64,000 bases of DNA. Origin: Phoronis australis. Taxonomy: Eukaryota > Animalia > Phoronida. The notes below the pieces were generated by a model, which saw only the letters and a program-made list of their open reading frames with translations, ran no database searches and was not told where the DNA came from. Positions 1 through 13,199 of this stretch are shown here, piece by piece. How positions within the stretch are numbered: the first letter of the stretch is position 1; each line of letters opens with the position of its first letter. The stretch spans positions 622,354-686,353 of the forward strand of contig NMRA01000064.1 of assembly GCA_002633005.1 (NCBI GenBank). The letters are read 5' to 3'. A program made the translations under genes and the position numbers.

Positions 1-889
1 TGATGGATGTACTGTGCTCTCATTTTGTTGGTGTCTTTATTTATGGTGATTCTCTCAAGACATTCACAACGAGGTTTGCACATGAGTTACTCATTTTACT
101 GTGATTTACAAGGGGAGACCATTGCAATAAGCAGTAGATATGTTTGACTATGAGCAAGTCAATTTCGCACAGTGGCTTGTTCAAAAATATTCCAATGACC
201 CATTTAATATGACGTGTTCATGTTTCAGACATTTGACACTAGGATTGAGCATCACTTCCCAGTACTGTTACTGCACATATACCAAAATGAAAAATTAAGA
301 TATAGTTTCGAAGTGAAAAGTATTCTGCACCTGAATCCATACCTTTAAAACTGAAATAGTGCCTAATTAAATATTTTTATGTGCTTTATTTTCTCTTGAA
401 ACTAAACCAGCGTAAAATCGAACTCATATTCGCCAAGTGGTGCCATAATTTCTGTTTACGTTGTGATCACTGCTTTTTTCTGAAGGTCAACAAGTGTGCA
501 GTAGGCTGTTGCAGACTTGCTTTTGAAAACAAAATCTTTAATGATGTAAGGTTTTAAAAATACAAAAGAAGTTGGGAATATCCGTCTTATATTCATATTA
601 TTGTGACTGGAATATAATAATCATATGGTGGCCATGTTTAATAACTACCGAAAATGTGACGAAAATATGACTTGTGAGTTTTACACGTGAACTGCTGCTA
701 ACCAAGCTCACTAAAAAAATGTCGGCAGCGAGACTATCAAAAGTTTGGGCTCATTTGCCATTTAAATTAAAAAGATGACTTTTGTGTTTTTTGTACTGGC
801 ACTTAAGGTTTTGAGGTCAAAACTGATGGACATTCAAATCGTAAAATTAACACCCCTTCGGTACGCTGTAATAAATCATATAGTTAAAG

Positions 890-1528
890 CCCCGGGCAGG
901 GGGGGGGCACTTACACAGGGGAGGTAATGCCAGGTATACGCAGGACATGATGCTCACTGCAAATGGGTGAAGGATTTTTCACAACCAGGTACTTTAAGTT
1001 TTTAGATTAGATTTCTTACAAAGGGGTTTGATTTTTGGGTTGGCACTATACTCAAGTGTCCATTTTTGCAATCTTACAAATAAGCATTCTGTAGGGTTTA
1101 AACCACTGGGTATAATAATGGGGGGAAATATCGACAGAAGAACGTTTTTTTTGTAGAAGCTCTATCAAATGGAGCCCTTTTAATAATATTTACTCTCTAA
1201 AAGCCTACTAGTAGGTTTCAACTCAACAGGTGGCCCTGTACGTGTGCTGTATTAGCTTGTTCGAGCCACAGGATGCTCACCCCTCTGTACAGTCAGACAT
1301 TAATTGTTCTATCGCCAGGATTTTGAGTGATAGCTTAACTGACCAATCAACGCAGCATTCTTGACACACCTTTATTTCCAAGCCGCCACTTTACCCAACA
1401 AAGAACACGTTATCGGGTAAAACTTATTGTTTGTTTGTTGACTTTCCACAAGGGTGCGGAGTTTGCAATAGGTCAATTACAAGAATACCTGACCGTACAT
1501 GTTGTCTTTTTAAGAAAGTCCCTCCCCC
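890..1528. mobile_element. possible non-autonomous DNA element (G-run/C-run termini) in NCX intron
   Basis: Begins CCCGGGCAGGGGGGGGGCACTT and ends AAGTCCCTCCCCCC (imperfect inverted ends); no coding capacity; boundaries approximate. Confidence 0.3.
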
Positions 1529-1643
1529 ATTAAGACTTGATGTTTAAGTTGAAGATATCACATGCTCATGTATTACTGCTGTTGCTCATTGTTTGATCAC
1601 TGAGTTCTTAAACACTCGCTTTGTATTTTGCACTTTCTCTCAG

Positions 1644-1661
1644 AAAAAGAAAGGCGGAAAG
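1644..1661 (+). CDS. candidate 18-nt microexon of the NCX gene (KKKGGK)
   Basis: ttgtattttgcactttctctcag|AAAAAGAAAGGCGGAAAG|gtaacg: strong pyrimidine tract, canonical AG/GT, length divisible by 3, compatible with the phase-0 start of the next exon at 3223. Confidence 0.6.
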
Positions 1662-3222
1662 GTAACGCTCCACTTTACCATTGGTGTCAATGGCACCCTT
1701 CTTGGTGTTCATGTTTTGGTGTAGATGTGAGCCTTGCCCATCTTTTTAGGGGATAACCTTGCGACAGATTTACACATTTCTAAAAAGCACTCCTTTGAGC
1801 ACCACAATTTTTCTGATACTTACAACGTGCATGAGCTCTTCAAGGGTAAGTGCTGAGGTTGCTAGCTCAAAGGTTTGCACTTTACAAGCCGTTACGACCA
1901 GTCTTAATACTAAACTCTCTTGTAAAACCCTTCCTCCCAGTGAGAAGGGATTTTTTGTGGAAATTACATTGCATGCTGTCTTTCAACATATGAATTCTCT
2001 TGATGATGACATCAGCATAACAGGTATGATAAATATTCTGTCAGTTTGTGTGAAACATGGTGCAAAATTGAAAAAAATGCATGCTTACAGTGAGAGTTTT
2101 TCTCAAAAACGTTAAAAAATGCATTGCATTATAAGGGTGACTGAGTTTTATTCCTGGTTACAGAACCTTTTGAGAATGTGTTACCACAGCATAACATCTA
2201 ATGCTTTGTGTGGTTTCATTTTGTAGTATGATTCTAAATGAAAATTCCAACATTGAAAAGAGTTTCGCTCCCAAGTGAAGTAAAATGTGGGACCCACTTT
2301 GACATACTCTTAGTGTAATGGCCGTGAAGCAAACCACAACTCTTTTCACATTGGATGCAAGTTTCATCCACGTAGAAGTTTTAGTCTCCAGGGTTCAGTT
2401 AATTCCGAATGTACATGTTACTGCTTTTGTTGCTTCTCTGTTTTGTGCATGTAAATGAGACGGACCTATATGTTGGGTAAATGGTAAAACTGTTGTTGGT
2501 TGGCTGCTGGTTATGGTTGTATAAGCCTCAGTGCTCCACCCTGCATGCCATGGTCTCAGTCAAGGCTTTTAATTGCCCGCTTTAACAGTAAGCATTTCCT
2601 AACTGGGTGGAACCAGCTGTGTAGATTTTATAAATGAGGATACGAAAGCCGAGTTATCAAGGTAAAGTAGAATAGGAGGAGTCTGCCATGATCACAGCAC
2701 TGTCATGTCCCCCTTTTCTGTCTTCAGCAACTTTACATCGTCTATCTTTTTGTGCTCATGTAGATTTCCATGCTCCAATTTAGATGTCTCTGTGGTGCAT
2801 AATTTATGTTGTTGCTGATTAAGGTTTGCACGCACTGTTGTGTCGTATAAACACTTACTGACATTTATCACACAATATGCGATTTATTCTCAGAGCCTGT
2901 TTAACATGCTCTGTTCAGCAAACGTGTAGTTGAGATTTTAGAGGGTTGCACTTATTACCAGTCTAGGGTTTGTTTATAATCTCAGTTTTGCATAACTTTC
3001 GTCACTGATTTGTGTGTCCAAAAATTTATGTTTTTGTTTTGACTTAATTTCACTGTAACAATGTGCGGAATATTTTGGTTGAGGAGGTGGCCAGTGCACT
3101 TTCACAGACTCGTTATAGGTTGGCTCACCTCCTTCACCTCAAACACAGTGCTGGTTCAAACAGGTGATGTATCATGTATGTGTTGGTGTGTTATTGGTCA
3201 TGTGTTGCCGTCATCTTTACAG

Positions 3223-6200
3223 GATACTGAGAAAGACGAGTGTTTCAAGATTGAACTCTGTGACCCCACAGGTGGCGCTCAGCTCGGACGAATAAAAAAG
3301 AGCATCATCACAATTGTGAATGATGATGGTGAGAGTAATTTATTGAGTGAACCGGGGACATTGCAGATATGTCTATAGAAAGAATTGCACGCTTTGAAAA
3401 CGGCGTAAATTCCGTCGCCTTGGTCCAGTTAATTTTCATACAGTTATCTCTATTTAATTTTGCTCTTTGCATCAACATTACTATGGTGAGGTTACAATTT
3501 CCACAAAAAAATAATCTAGAATGAGTGGTCACAATTCGCTGGTCCCACTGGATTTTCAGTTGTTGAAAAAATCCAACTGCGTGCAGACTGTGCAGATTGG
3601 ATTCATCTTAAATGTCATTCTATTGAATTGTGTAACTATGTAACATGGAACTGATAGTCATAGTTTGTTGCATTTAGTGATGCTGGAAATTACCACTGTT
3701 TGGTATCACAGTTATGACTGAGTATAGATTGTAGAGAGAAATAATTCATTGGTACTGTAAAAGACAAAAGTAATCGGACAAAGTACTGTTTTCCTGTCAT
3801 GACGGCTAATTTAGTTAACAGAAGAATTATGGATAATAACTATTATTGGAGTCATATTCTAATTACAAAATGGCGTAGAAACCTTGGTAACTTTCCCCTT
3901 ATTTTCGCTTCATTTTCGGTCATGGGGGAACACTACTTTGAGAATGAATTTGGCTTCCGCCCAGCTGTCACATTGGGGTATTCGAGGTCACTTTCTCTGA
4001 ATACTCTTGTCTTGTAGTTTAAATCCAGGAGCGCAAGGGCACTGGGTCCATTTTCATCTTTTTGTCAAATTAGCACACAATGTTATCACTAAGGGGAAAA
4101 GTTGCCTGAATATTTCTATTTTGTCATTGATAATAGTCAGATATAACCTGCCTCCATTTTGAGAACATTTTTGTCCCCTGAATAACGGTCATCAAATTGG
4201 TTCTCCAAGTGTGGCCATGTTTTATCTGGCTATTGCCTTGTCATTGGTGTTGATGGAAATAAGCGCGGGTATTTGCGAATATGGTTGAGAGAGTAAAACA
4301 TTTTGATTCTCCCACCAGAGTTCAATGGTATGGTTTCGCGTCTTGTGAACTTGACAAACATGAACGTAGATGCACTGAGAGTCGGCACTGCCACCTGGCA
4401 GGACCAGTTCCGCAATGCCATGAATGTCAACGGTGGTGATGTGGACACAGCGACATCTCTTGACTATTTGCTGCATTTTCTCACGTTTGGTTTCAAGGTA
4501 CGTCTATTTAGTATTGATCCATTTTTGGTGAATAGTGATTATGGTTAACATACTCCAATTTTTGGAAGTTTAATTGCCAAATTTCACGTTTCTCTTTTTT
4601 CAAAGGTGGGACTTATTGATGAGGGTTTTATTGTCCTATCTGTTTAGTTTTTATGCACCCATATGTATTTATGTGTAGGTGCACTATAAGGTCATCCCCG
4701 TCCGTCTATTGTCTGACATCCACTGCTGTATCTTAAAAACCCCTCGATGGAATTCTGCAGACATGGATGAGACAATGTCAGTGAATTTCCAGATGGATCC
4801 AACTACCGGTGTGCCCCCTAGTGGCAATTTTATTTTTTGTTTGCCTCTGTATCTTCGGAGTTCTTTGATGGATTTTCATAAAATTTTGTTTCTATTAAAG
4901 AGGTGATGACACCTTCCCATTTTCAGATATATTTGACGTATTGTTCGCCACCTCGTGGCCTTATTGTTTTCGAGTCTGGTTTTTGGTATTCATCTCTAAC
5001 CAACAAACCACTCTAAGGATCATTATGAAAAAATTGGGATCATATGTGTTTTTACTGGAAAAAGCACAGCTGACAATGATTTACAGACAGTTCCAACGCC
5101 TGTGGTACCCCCTAGTGGGAGTTTTTTCCTGGTCCACGGTTGTATTTCCTAATCTTCTTACAGGATTTTTGTTAAATTTGACTGGTGTATTTCTAGGAGT
5201 GTGACAATGGATGACGAAAACTTCTGGACAGATTCGATTACTGTTGTGGCAATTTCTCGTTTTTACGTTTTATTCTTTGATGGATTTTCATAAAACATGT
5301 CAAGTAAATTCTATCAAAAAGACGATAACATCTTTTCCAATTTTGATGGATTTGTCATATATACTACCTAATGGCCTCGTTTGTTATTTTTAAGTCTGGT
5401 TTTTGGCCTCTGCCTCTCTATCAATTGACCAAATCACTCTAAGGATCATTATAAAAATTGGCCTAGCAGGACTACTGTGACACCCTCTGGTGGCAATTTC
5501 ATTTTTTGCCAGTAGCTCATTACAAGTTCCTTGATGGATCATAATGAAATTTGGCATGCATATCTGTTGAAGAGATGGATTTGTCTTACGTTGTCCCTCC
5601 TAGTGGCCTATCTATTGTTTTGTGTCCTTTGTCGTCTGCCTCCCTATCCTCCATGATGAAAGGGAGTGGTTGTGTTCCTATTGAGAAGAGCTTCGCTCCC
5701 CCCCAGTTGCTGTTATTAAGATTACCACCATTGCTCCTTTTAACGGGAATGTTTGAAATAATGATCCAGCTCTTATATCTGTGCTGTATGTGATGCACAT
5801 GGTGGGTGCATATCAACTTTCTGCGTTGCTCTTATTGATGTTTATTTTTGTCGTGGAAAAGTTGAGGAAATGTTCACTCTTCCATTGTGATGATAACGAG
5901 GCATGTAATTTGTGTAAGTTATTTGAGATTATCTCCTACCATCATTGCTTAAGTGTTGTTCACCAATTGTAAAGTTGATTTGCAAAACCTCAATAACACA
6001 GGGCTTGGAATGACCAATGACAAAAAACGCGGAAACTTTTACGGCCCAAAACATGCGCGCTACCCGGCCTTGAAATAGCCGATGTGAACCTTTCGCCGAC
6101 AAAATTCGGTAGGACTGAAAAAAAAACAAAAAAACATTACCACCATCAGTAGCGTGCGTCTGCGTCTTTTTATCTCGTCCATCCACTCCTCCACTCCCAT

Positions 6201-9200
6201 TCGCACACATTTTTGGCTGCAGAGCCGCAGTATTTGTCACCGCGGTTTACAATCACACGAGACGCCATTGAAAATCCCACCACGCTATACCAGATGCAAT
6301 GTTGACAATTTACGTTCCTCCGAAACATAAAGAGCAACTTCCGCTTTTCGAGGTGAACGTCTTCGGCAACGCCGCGGTAAGAAAGGAATTTGCCGCGGAA
6401 ATTTTATATCATATCCGATTTTTTTTACACGGAAATATAATAAAATACGCGGAAAGAACATTTGAAAAAAGCGGAAATCCGCGTTTCCGCGGAAAATTCC
6501 AAGCCCTGATAACAACATCAGTCACTAACATCTAAGTTAAAGTAACGTTTCATCATTCTTGTCAGACACTGAAAGATGAAATATTATCGTATTAACAAGC
6601 ACAATGATAATGTTAGAATTACATTCATACTTGTTCAACTGTAATAATGGTTTTGAGTTCCTTAAAATGGTATTTTTCAGGTTGAAGTTTGTTCGTCCAA
6701 AATCCTTTTTACTTTTGCCTCATACAAGCTGTACTTCCTCATGCATGGTTGTCAAACAAGGAGCGTCTATTTTTGTTATTCCATATGAAGTGCAAGTCCC
6801 ATTAACTTGACTTTACCTTTGCCCCTTTTCTGTCTCGTTACAGGTGATCTTTGCCTGTGTCCCTCCAGCCACCATCTTTGGCGGTTGGTTGGCTTTCTTC
6901 TTCGCCCTGGGTATGATCACCATCTTGACTGTTCTAATCAGCGATCTGNTTCCGCTTTTCGAGGTGAACGTCTTCGGCAACGCCGCGGTAAGAAAGGAAT
7001 TTGCCGCGGAAATTTTATCATATCCGATTTTTTTTACGCGGAAATATAATAAAATACGCGGAAAGAACATTTGAAAAAAGCGGAAATCCGCGTTTCCGCG
7101 GAAAATTCCAAGCCCTGATAACAACATCAGTCACTAACATCTTAGTTAAAGTAACGTTTCATCATTCTTGTCAGACACTGAAAGATGGAATATTATCGTA
7201 TTAACAAGCACAATGATAATGTTAGAATTACATTCATACTTGTTCAACTGTAATAATGGTTTTGAGTTCCTTAAAATGGTATTTTTCAGGTTGAAGTTTG
7301 TTCGTCCAAAATCCTTTTTACTTTTGCCTCATACAAGCTGTACTTCCTCATGCATGGTTGTCAAACAAGGAGCGTCTATTTTTGTTATTCCATATGAAGT
7401 GCAAGTCCCATTAACTTGACTTTACCTTTGCCCCTTTTCTGTCTCGTTACAGGTGATCTTTGCCTGTGTCCCTCCAGCCACCATCTTTGGCGGTTGGTTG
7501 GCTTTCTTCTTCGCCCTGGGTATGATCACCATCTTGACTGTTCTAATCAGCGATCTGGCCAGTAACTTTGGATGTCTCATCACGTGCCCTCCCATGATCA
7601 CCGCCATCACGTTTGTTGCCCTCGGCACCAGTCTACCTGACCTCTTTGCCAGGTACGTTTGTCTAGTTGCTATTTGTACCCAAACTAGTCAAAATGCGTA
7701 TTGATATAATTGTAGTCCTTGCTGTGTTTCCTCCACTCAATAACAGCCATTAATTTGGTTGTCAAAGTCTAGAACCCCATGGATATGTGACTACTGCCGG
7801 TGTAAACACACTTCTCGTAGCTAAAGTGATAGTACCTTAAAGTGTGATAGTAGGACAAGTTTTTGGGAAACGTGTTTAATGCCACCTTAAAAAAGGAATA
7901 GCCAAATGAATTTGAACTGTTTCCATTACACCTCTACTGTATTACCTCTTTTACTATGTGGACTATGTTGCCAAAATATTTGCCACTAATATGCTGTTGG
8001 AAAGTGAATTCCCAATCTCCTCGACTTCTCCAGTTTGTGCATCTGCCTGTGTGATGGTCGCGTCAACGTCTCTTGCTTCAACAAGAGACATCTCAGTCTC
8101 TCTTCTTACATTTCTAAGTGACTAGACCACAAAAACTTGATATCCATGATATTTACCATTTTTGTACTTTATATATCAAGCCTTCCACAAATAAGTTATT
8201 TTGCAATATGCTCAATTTTACTACTCTAACTGTTGAACACCATTTCAACAAACCCAGTGTATAAGTTTGGCTCCTTAACAGCGTTCTATTCCACAAATCC
8301 CTGAGATTTGTGCAAGTCAAGTTGATTTTTGCAACAAAACATTTTATGAATGTTCGCAGGTTTGTTGGCATGTAGTTCAACTCTGTTTGTTTGTGCTACA
8401 ACTTGTTGTGTAAACTGAAATGTTCATTCATTATAGTAAACAAGCGGCAACCAATGAGCCGACAGCAGACAACAGTATCGGTAATGTGACAGGTAGTAAC
8501 TCTGTCAACGTGTTCTTGGGTCTGGGATTGCCATGGACTATAGCAGCCATTGTTTGGGCGGCCAGGGTGAGTTGCGTGTTCAGCTCGGTCAACTGCAGTG
8601 CATGCTTAACAATAATTGATTTATTTTCATTTACTGTAGCTTTTTACGAATCACTATGGGTGTGTGCCCTAGTGACATTTTAGGTTTTCTTTGTGTTTAC
8701 CTCAATATCTATCAAGTTCATGAAAGTTGGCAAATAAGTTTCCATGTAGGAGACAATGGCACCTGGCTAGTTTCAGCTTTCATATTAAATACAATTCCCT
8801 GAAATTAGCAGCACCAGGAAACATCGACCCTGACTTTTTAAAAAGTTTGCTCTTAAACTCAGTAACATACTCGGCTCATTGTCCATCCTTTCATGTTTGG
8901 GATTTGCAATTTAAACATCCTGGTTGTTTTCCCAGACGAATGAAGTAAAACATTGGTGTACAGTACAGTTCCTTCAATCACATCTGCTGTCTTTTTCAGG
9001 GTAAATCGTTCCGTGTCGAGGCGGGCTCTCTGGCGTTCAGTGTTACAATTTACGCTGTTTTTGCTCTTGTCTGTTTGCTCCTCATAGTCATGCGTCGGTA
9101 CGTTGCGATGTTTGGTGGAGAACTCGGTGGCAACAAAACCCTCAAGATAATCACCTTCATTTTCATGGCATCGTTGTGGGTACTATACGTCCTACTATCT

Positions 9201-9242
9201 ATTCTAGAAAACTTGAACGTTATTCCTAATCCTATGAAGTAA
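3223..9242 (+). CDS. SLC8A: sodium/calcium exchanger (SLC8/NCX/Calx family), 3' part; 5' exons lie outside the window
   Basis: Exons 3223-3328 ([23 protein letters not shown], end of a Calx-beta domain), 4319-4497 (..[17 protein letters not shown]), 7453-7652 ([24 protein letters not shown]), 8437-8566 ([29 protein letters not shown], alpha-2 repeat), 9000-9242 (..[22 protein letters not shown]..stop). All introns GT-AG with consistent phases. Confidence 0.95.
4648..5837 (+). mobile_element. Helentron-associated (HINE/DINE-1-like) non-autonomous element
   Basis: Starts in a T-run; subterminal inverted repeat TATGCACCCA (4652-4661)/TGGGTGCATA (5803-5812); CCGTCCGTCT microsatellite-like tract near the 5' end; internal degenerate repeats (TTCTTTGATGGATTTTCATAAAA at ~4861 and ~5273; CACTCTAAGGATCATTAT at ~5009 and ~5435); short 3' stem-loop CAAC..GTTG. 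Confidence 0.6.
5999..6508. mobile_element. hAT-like MITE
   Basis: Terminal inverted repeats CAGGGCTTGGAAT / ATTCCAAGCCCTG, repeated subterminal CGCGGAA motifs, flanked by ATAACA on both sides (6-bp target duplication). Confidence 0.7.
6339..7558. repeat. ~610-bp direct duplication across the N gap at 6949 (probable uncollapsed haplotype overlap; includes a truncated copy of an NCX exon at 6844-6948)
   Basis: 6339-6948 and 6950-7558 are near identical apart from a few substitutions/indels, and the junction is exactly the N. Confidence 0.85.
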
Positions 9243-10739
9243 GGCCGACTAGTAATGGGCGTGTTTGTATCGTCATGTGCGCAAGGATATAATATGTAGA
9301 AGTTGTATCACAATGTCAAGAGATGTAATGTGAACTTGTGGTATGGAGCACATGCTGTTTAAATTTTGATATTTTTAAAATGTACGCCGTCACTGACGTG
9401 TAGGTAAGATATGACTGTAATATGTCTCACTAAATGTGAAATGTTGCATCAATTGGAAGGTTTTCAGGCAAAATACGATGTCATCACTTGGTTACTGGTG
9501 ACGGGATGTCTAGCTACTGGTTGCAAAACTTGTCTTTTTATATTAGATTCTATTTATTTATTTATCTTGAAATTTTAACTTAGTGTTATTAGTATTCGAT
9601 TAGTCCTTGTCTCATCTAGGTAATCAAAACTCAAGAGCGATAATTTTGTATTAATTTGTCTAAGTTTTATTAATTATTGTTTCTGTAAACACACTGTGCA
9701 CAAATTGTTTCAATTTTATTGTTATTGAAACTGTTAGGAAATTAAACAAGGTGTATGAATGCTGAGAGCAAATATGTCTGCTTCAGTATGATGAGCTCGA
9801 CAAAATTTAGGAAATACAAATTAACGGAGTGAGCAGATTTTATATTTTCTTAAAACAGAAGTCACAGTTCCTTTATTTTGAATTTTTCTGTTTCGATTAA
9901 TTGTGACTTCCGGCTCTACATTTTCAGCAGTGTAATTAATAAAGATACTGATGTGATGTTAACAAAATAAATATTGTAATTTATATTTTACTACTTTTCT
10001 TATTTCAATGTATTACATAGAGAGATGCTTGTTCTTACATTATCGCCTCGCATGTCTTATTTTAGTTTGAAAATCTTGAAGATGTGCTTCAGTTTTGTCT
10101 AAATATACTCCCCCAGATCAAATGCTGACATCTTCTGCTTTCACCAAGCACTCGTGAACCCCCTTGACCCCCCCTGGATCCGCCAGTCCACTTTCACCCA
10201 GCACTCATGACTGTTTTGCTAAATCTGAAATTATCTGGCCGCTTGCACAAGTGCCACAAAAATTGGAGACCAAAAATTTGTCGACAATTTCTGTGCTGTA
10301 TTTGGTTGAAATTTCGTTGTGAATTTTGCAAGAAGTTGGACACCATTTTGTCTGCAATTTAAATAAATTTCGTTATACCTTCTTAATACTAGAAGCAATG
10401 ATAGCCGATTAGTTGGTCTCATGCACACTAGAGGGCAGCAGGTGTCATGTGTACGTCATTGCTTTCAGGTTTTCTGTTGGAAATAGTTACGCAAGTGCTT
10501 GTCACATCTCATTCTTCATTGTTACCAATTTTGGTTGCTAGGGTAGTAATAAGTTGCATCACGCTGAGATAGGATATGTAAGGCTCACAAATATCAAATT
10601 TTTCCCTACCAAGTACCACATGCTCTCCAAATTTGATTCACGGAGGAGCACATGAACATTACTGCTGGCAAGGAACAAAGTGTTTAAAGGAGGAATAAAC
10701 CCATCTGTTCAGTATCAATTGCTGGTTAACGGTTACTTT

Positions 10740-10798
10740 GGGTCATTTGCAGTCCCTATAGGTCATTTGCAGTCACTATGGGTCATTTGCAGTCACTA
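10740..10798. repeat. 20-bp tandem repeat x3
   Basis: GGTCATTTGCAGTC(C/A)CTA unit three times. Confidence 0.8.
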
Positions 10799-11657
10799 AG
10801 ATTAGAAAAGATTTCTAGGCTCAAGAAGATGAAATGCACTGTTATTTCTTCAGGACTGGCCCATTAAGCGTGTTGTCACCGTGGGTTAAATTTCAGTCAC
10901 CAAGGCTTCATGGCTGTCACGGGAATCCTAGATAATTGACTGTGTGCAATTTCCGAATTCTAAGGAAATTAACACTGTGGCATAATATTTGAAGAGCAAA
11001 GTTTATGTTTTTTTTTGCAAAAGCGCAGCGTTTAGTTGTTACAAATCATTTGTGTTGGATTTATTCGTTTTATGTATAAATCAACCCCATGACAAGACTT
11101 AATACAAATACTATGGAATTTTTTGAGGAGACAATGAGAGTGGTCAGGGCTACACAAAGTGCAACAGGGTGCTAAAACAAGTGTCAACACTTGGTACGGG
11201 AATGCCTTTCTTGTTTCTGTTGCTCATGTATCTTAAATTACGATTTTGCAGCAATCTAAGTTGAGGGGAAAGTAATATGTAAGGCCATGCATTTCCACTC
11301 GTCTTGCTGTCTATCAAGCTTCGACTTCCTCGAGGTTTATCGAGCTGCAATGTGTGAATAGGAGGAACCAATCACTCCATACTTGTGTGGTATTATTAAT
11401 CAGATTTGCATCTCAAAAAAGTTCTTTGAAGTTTTGTTAATGTAGTCATCACTTATGTCTTAAGTTTGTCACTTTTATTATGTATAGTAAGTATATGTAT
11501 ACTTGGACGACTGCAGGTGTACAGCTACAAACAGAGATATCCGAGTTGAGTGATATTTACCTCGCGCCATTGTTACCTGCGCATAGAAAGGCAAAACTCA
11601 CCTTCATGTAAACTACGAGTGTAGTAAACTGCATCAATATAGTACACACGTCTACAG

Positions 11658-11914
11658 TGAGTTACCGAGATTTGTTATTGGCTACCAAAAATAATGAGTT
11701 ACCGAGATTTGTTATTGGCTACCAAAAATAATGAGTTACCGAGATTTGTTATTGGCTACCAAAAATAATGAGTTACCGAAATTTGTTATTGGCTACCAAA
11801 AACAATGAGTTACCGAGATTTCTTATTGGCTACCAAAAATAATGAGTTACCGAGATTTCTTATTGGCTACCAAAAATGAGTTACCGAAATTTGTTATTGG
11901 CTACCAAAAATAAT
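11658..11914. repeat. 37-bp minisatellite, 7 copies
   Basis: Unit TGAGTTACCGAGATTTGTTATTGGCTACCAAAAATAA, head to tail with no spacers. Confidence 0.95.
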
Positions 11915-13100
11915 CGGCTAAACATTTAGCTCAACTCGCCTGTATACACAAAGATTTATGGTCCCAAGCTCGCTTGCATTCAACACTTGTAGCTGCCCAT
12001 CTTGCTCACTTTCCTGTAAACTATTTCTACCTTAGTTTTATTTTATTTGATGTTTGTCTATGCATGACTTCACTCTGTTTGTGCAATGGTGTGTACTGTT
12101 TTAGTGTTGGCATTATAAACTTCTGTTTTCTACTGTACTTTTAATATTCTGAATAAACATACATGTGATGTGGGGATGTACGCTTAGATTCATTGCAGCA
12201 CCTGGCCTTGTCCAGGGCCTGCTGATGTCTGAATCAAACACCAGTATACCAACTAAACACCTGAAATCATTTAGACCTTTGGTCAGAATCTAATCCTTTA
12301 ACATGAAATTAAAATTATTTTTAATATGTTCTGTCTCAATTTGGTATAAATTCGAGATAAGAACATTATAGTTCATGCAAATGAGTTTCAAGCCAAAGTT
12401 TGCATTTGATTGACTTCTAGATTAGAGCTAAAAACGAGAAATTTCGAACTTTTAGCCTTACTGATGGAGTCATTTAGTGAAAGCTAGGATTAGACAGTTA
12501 TCCATGTATAGTCATTATGTACTTGAGCACACACTAATAAATACCACAGACTTCATATAGAAGTAGAAAAGAAAATGCCAAAAATAATTCCAATATCTAG
12601 CAAGATTAGCACCTGAGCCCTGGTCTGGCAGCAATTGCACACCTGGTCTGGGGCAGTTGTTGCAGGCTTTTTACTTTCATTCCCCACAGACGGTCAATAT
12701 TCAGAGATAAAAAGTAGATTTCTTTATATTTGAGGTGTGATAACCTTTTGGACATGGTTTCAATTCAGGCTTCCTGCAGGTTTACACTATAGCTCAAATA
12801 TTGAAAAGGTGAGATAACAATTATGTAAGTGGAGTAAATCAAAACTTGTTTTTTTAACAAAAAGCACAGGTTTAACGCCGCTTTAACTCAATGAACTGTT
12901 AAAACATTTACCCTGAATGCCTCCATGTCCTACGTTTTGATATCTTCACCTACTGCATTTTGACAGATAAACATTTAAACCAATTTCAAAACATTAACAA
13001 CCTAAAGTTATATCCAGCCTTTGTCAAAACCTTCACTTAATTTAGACCAGTTGCCACTACAATACTGGAGTCAAACCTGACAGTTTGTTATGGATTTGAT

Positions 13101-13199
13101 GGTAGGGTCATTAAGCTGACTTGAGGGTAGGGTCATTAAGCTGACTTGAGGGTAGGGTCATTGAGCTGAATTGAGGGTAGGGTCTTTAAGCCGTCTTGA
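13101..13199. repeat. 25-bp tandem repeat, ~4 copies
   Basis: Unit GGTAGGGTCATTAAGCTGACTTGAG. Confidence 0.85.

Noticed and set aside
1759-2115. 118-aa ORF and similar short intronic ORFs in the track (e.g. 23130-23537, 31605-32029, 43728-44081)
   Set aside because: No recognisable domains or splice-supported structure; many begin at non-ATG codons; consistent with chance ORFs.
6844-6948. Apparent duplicated or mutually exclusive NCX exon
   Set aside because: Truncated exactly at the N and part of a 610-bp near-identical overlap; best explained as an assembly artefact.
11658-11914. CRISPR-like array (37-bp repeats)
   Set aside because: No spacers, no cas genes, eukaryotic context; simple minisatellite.
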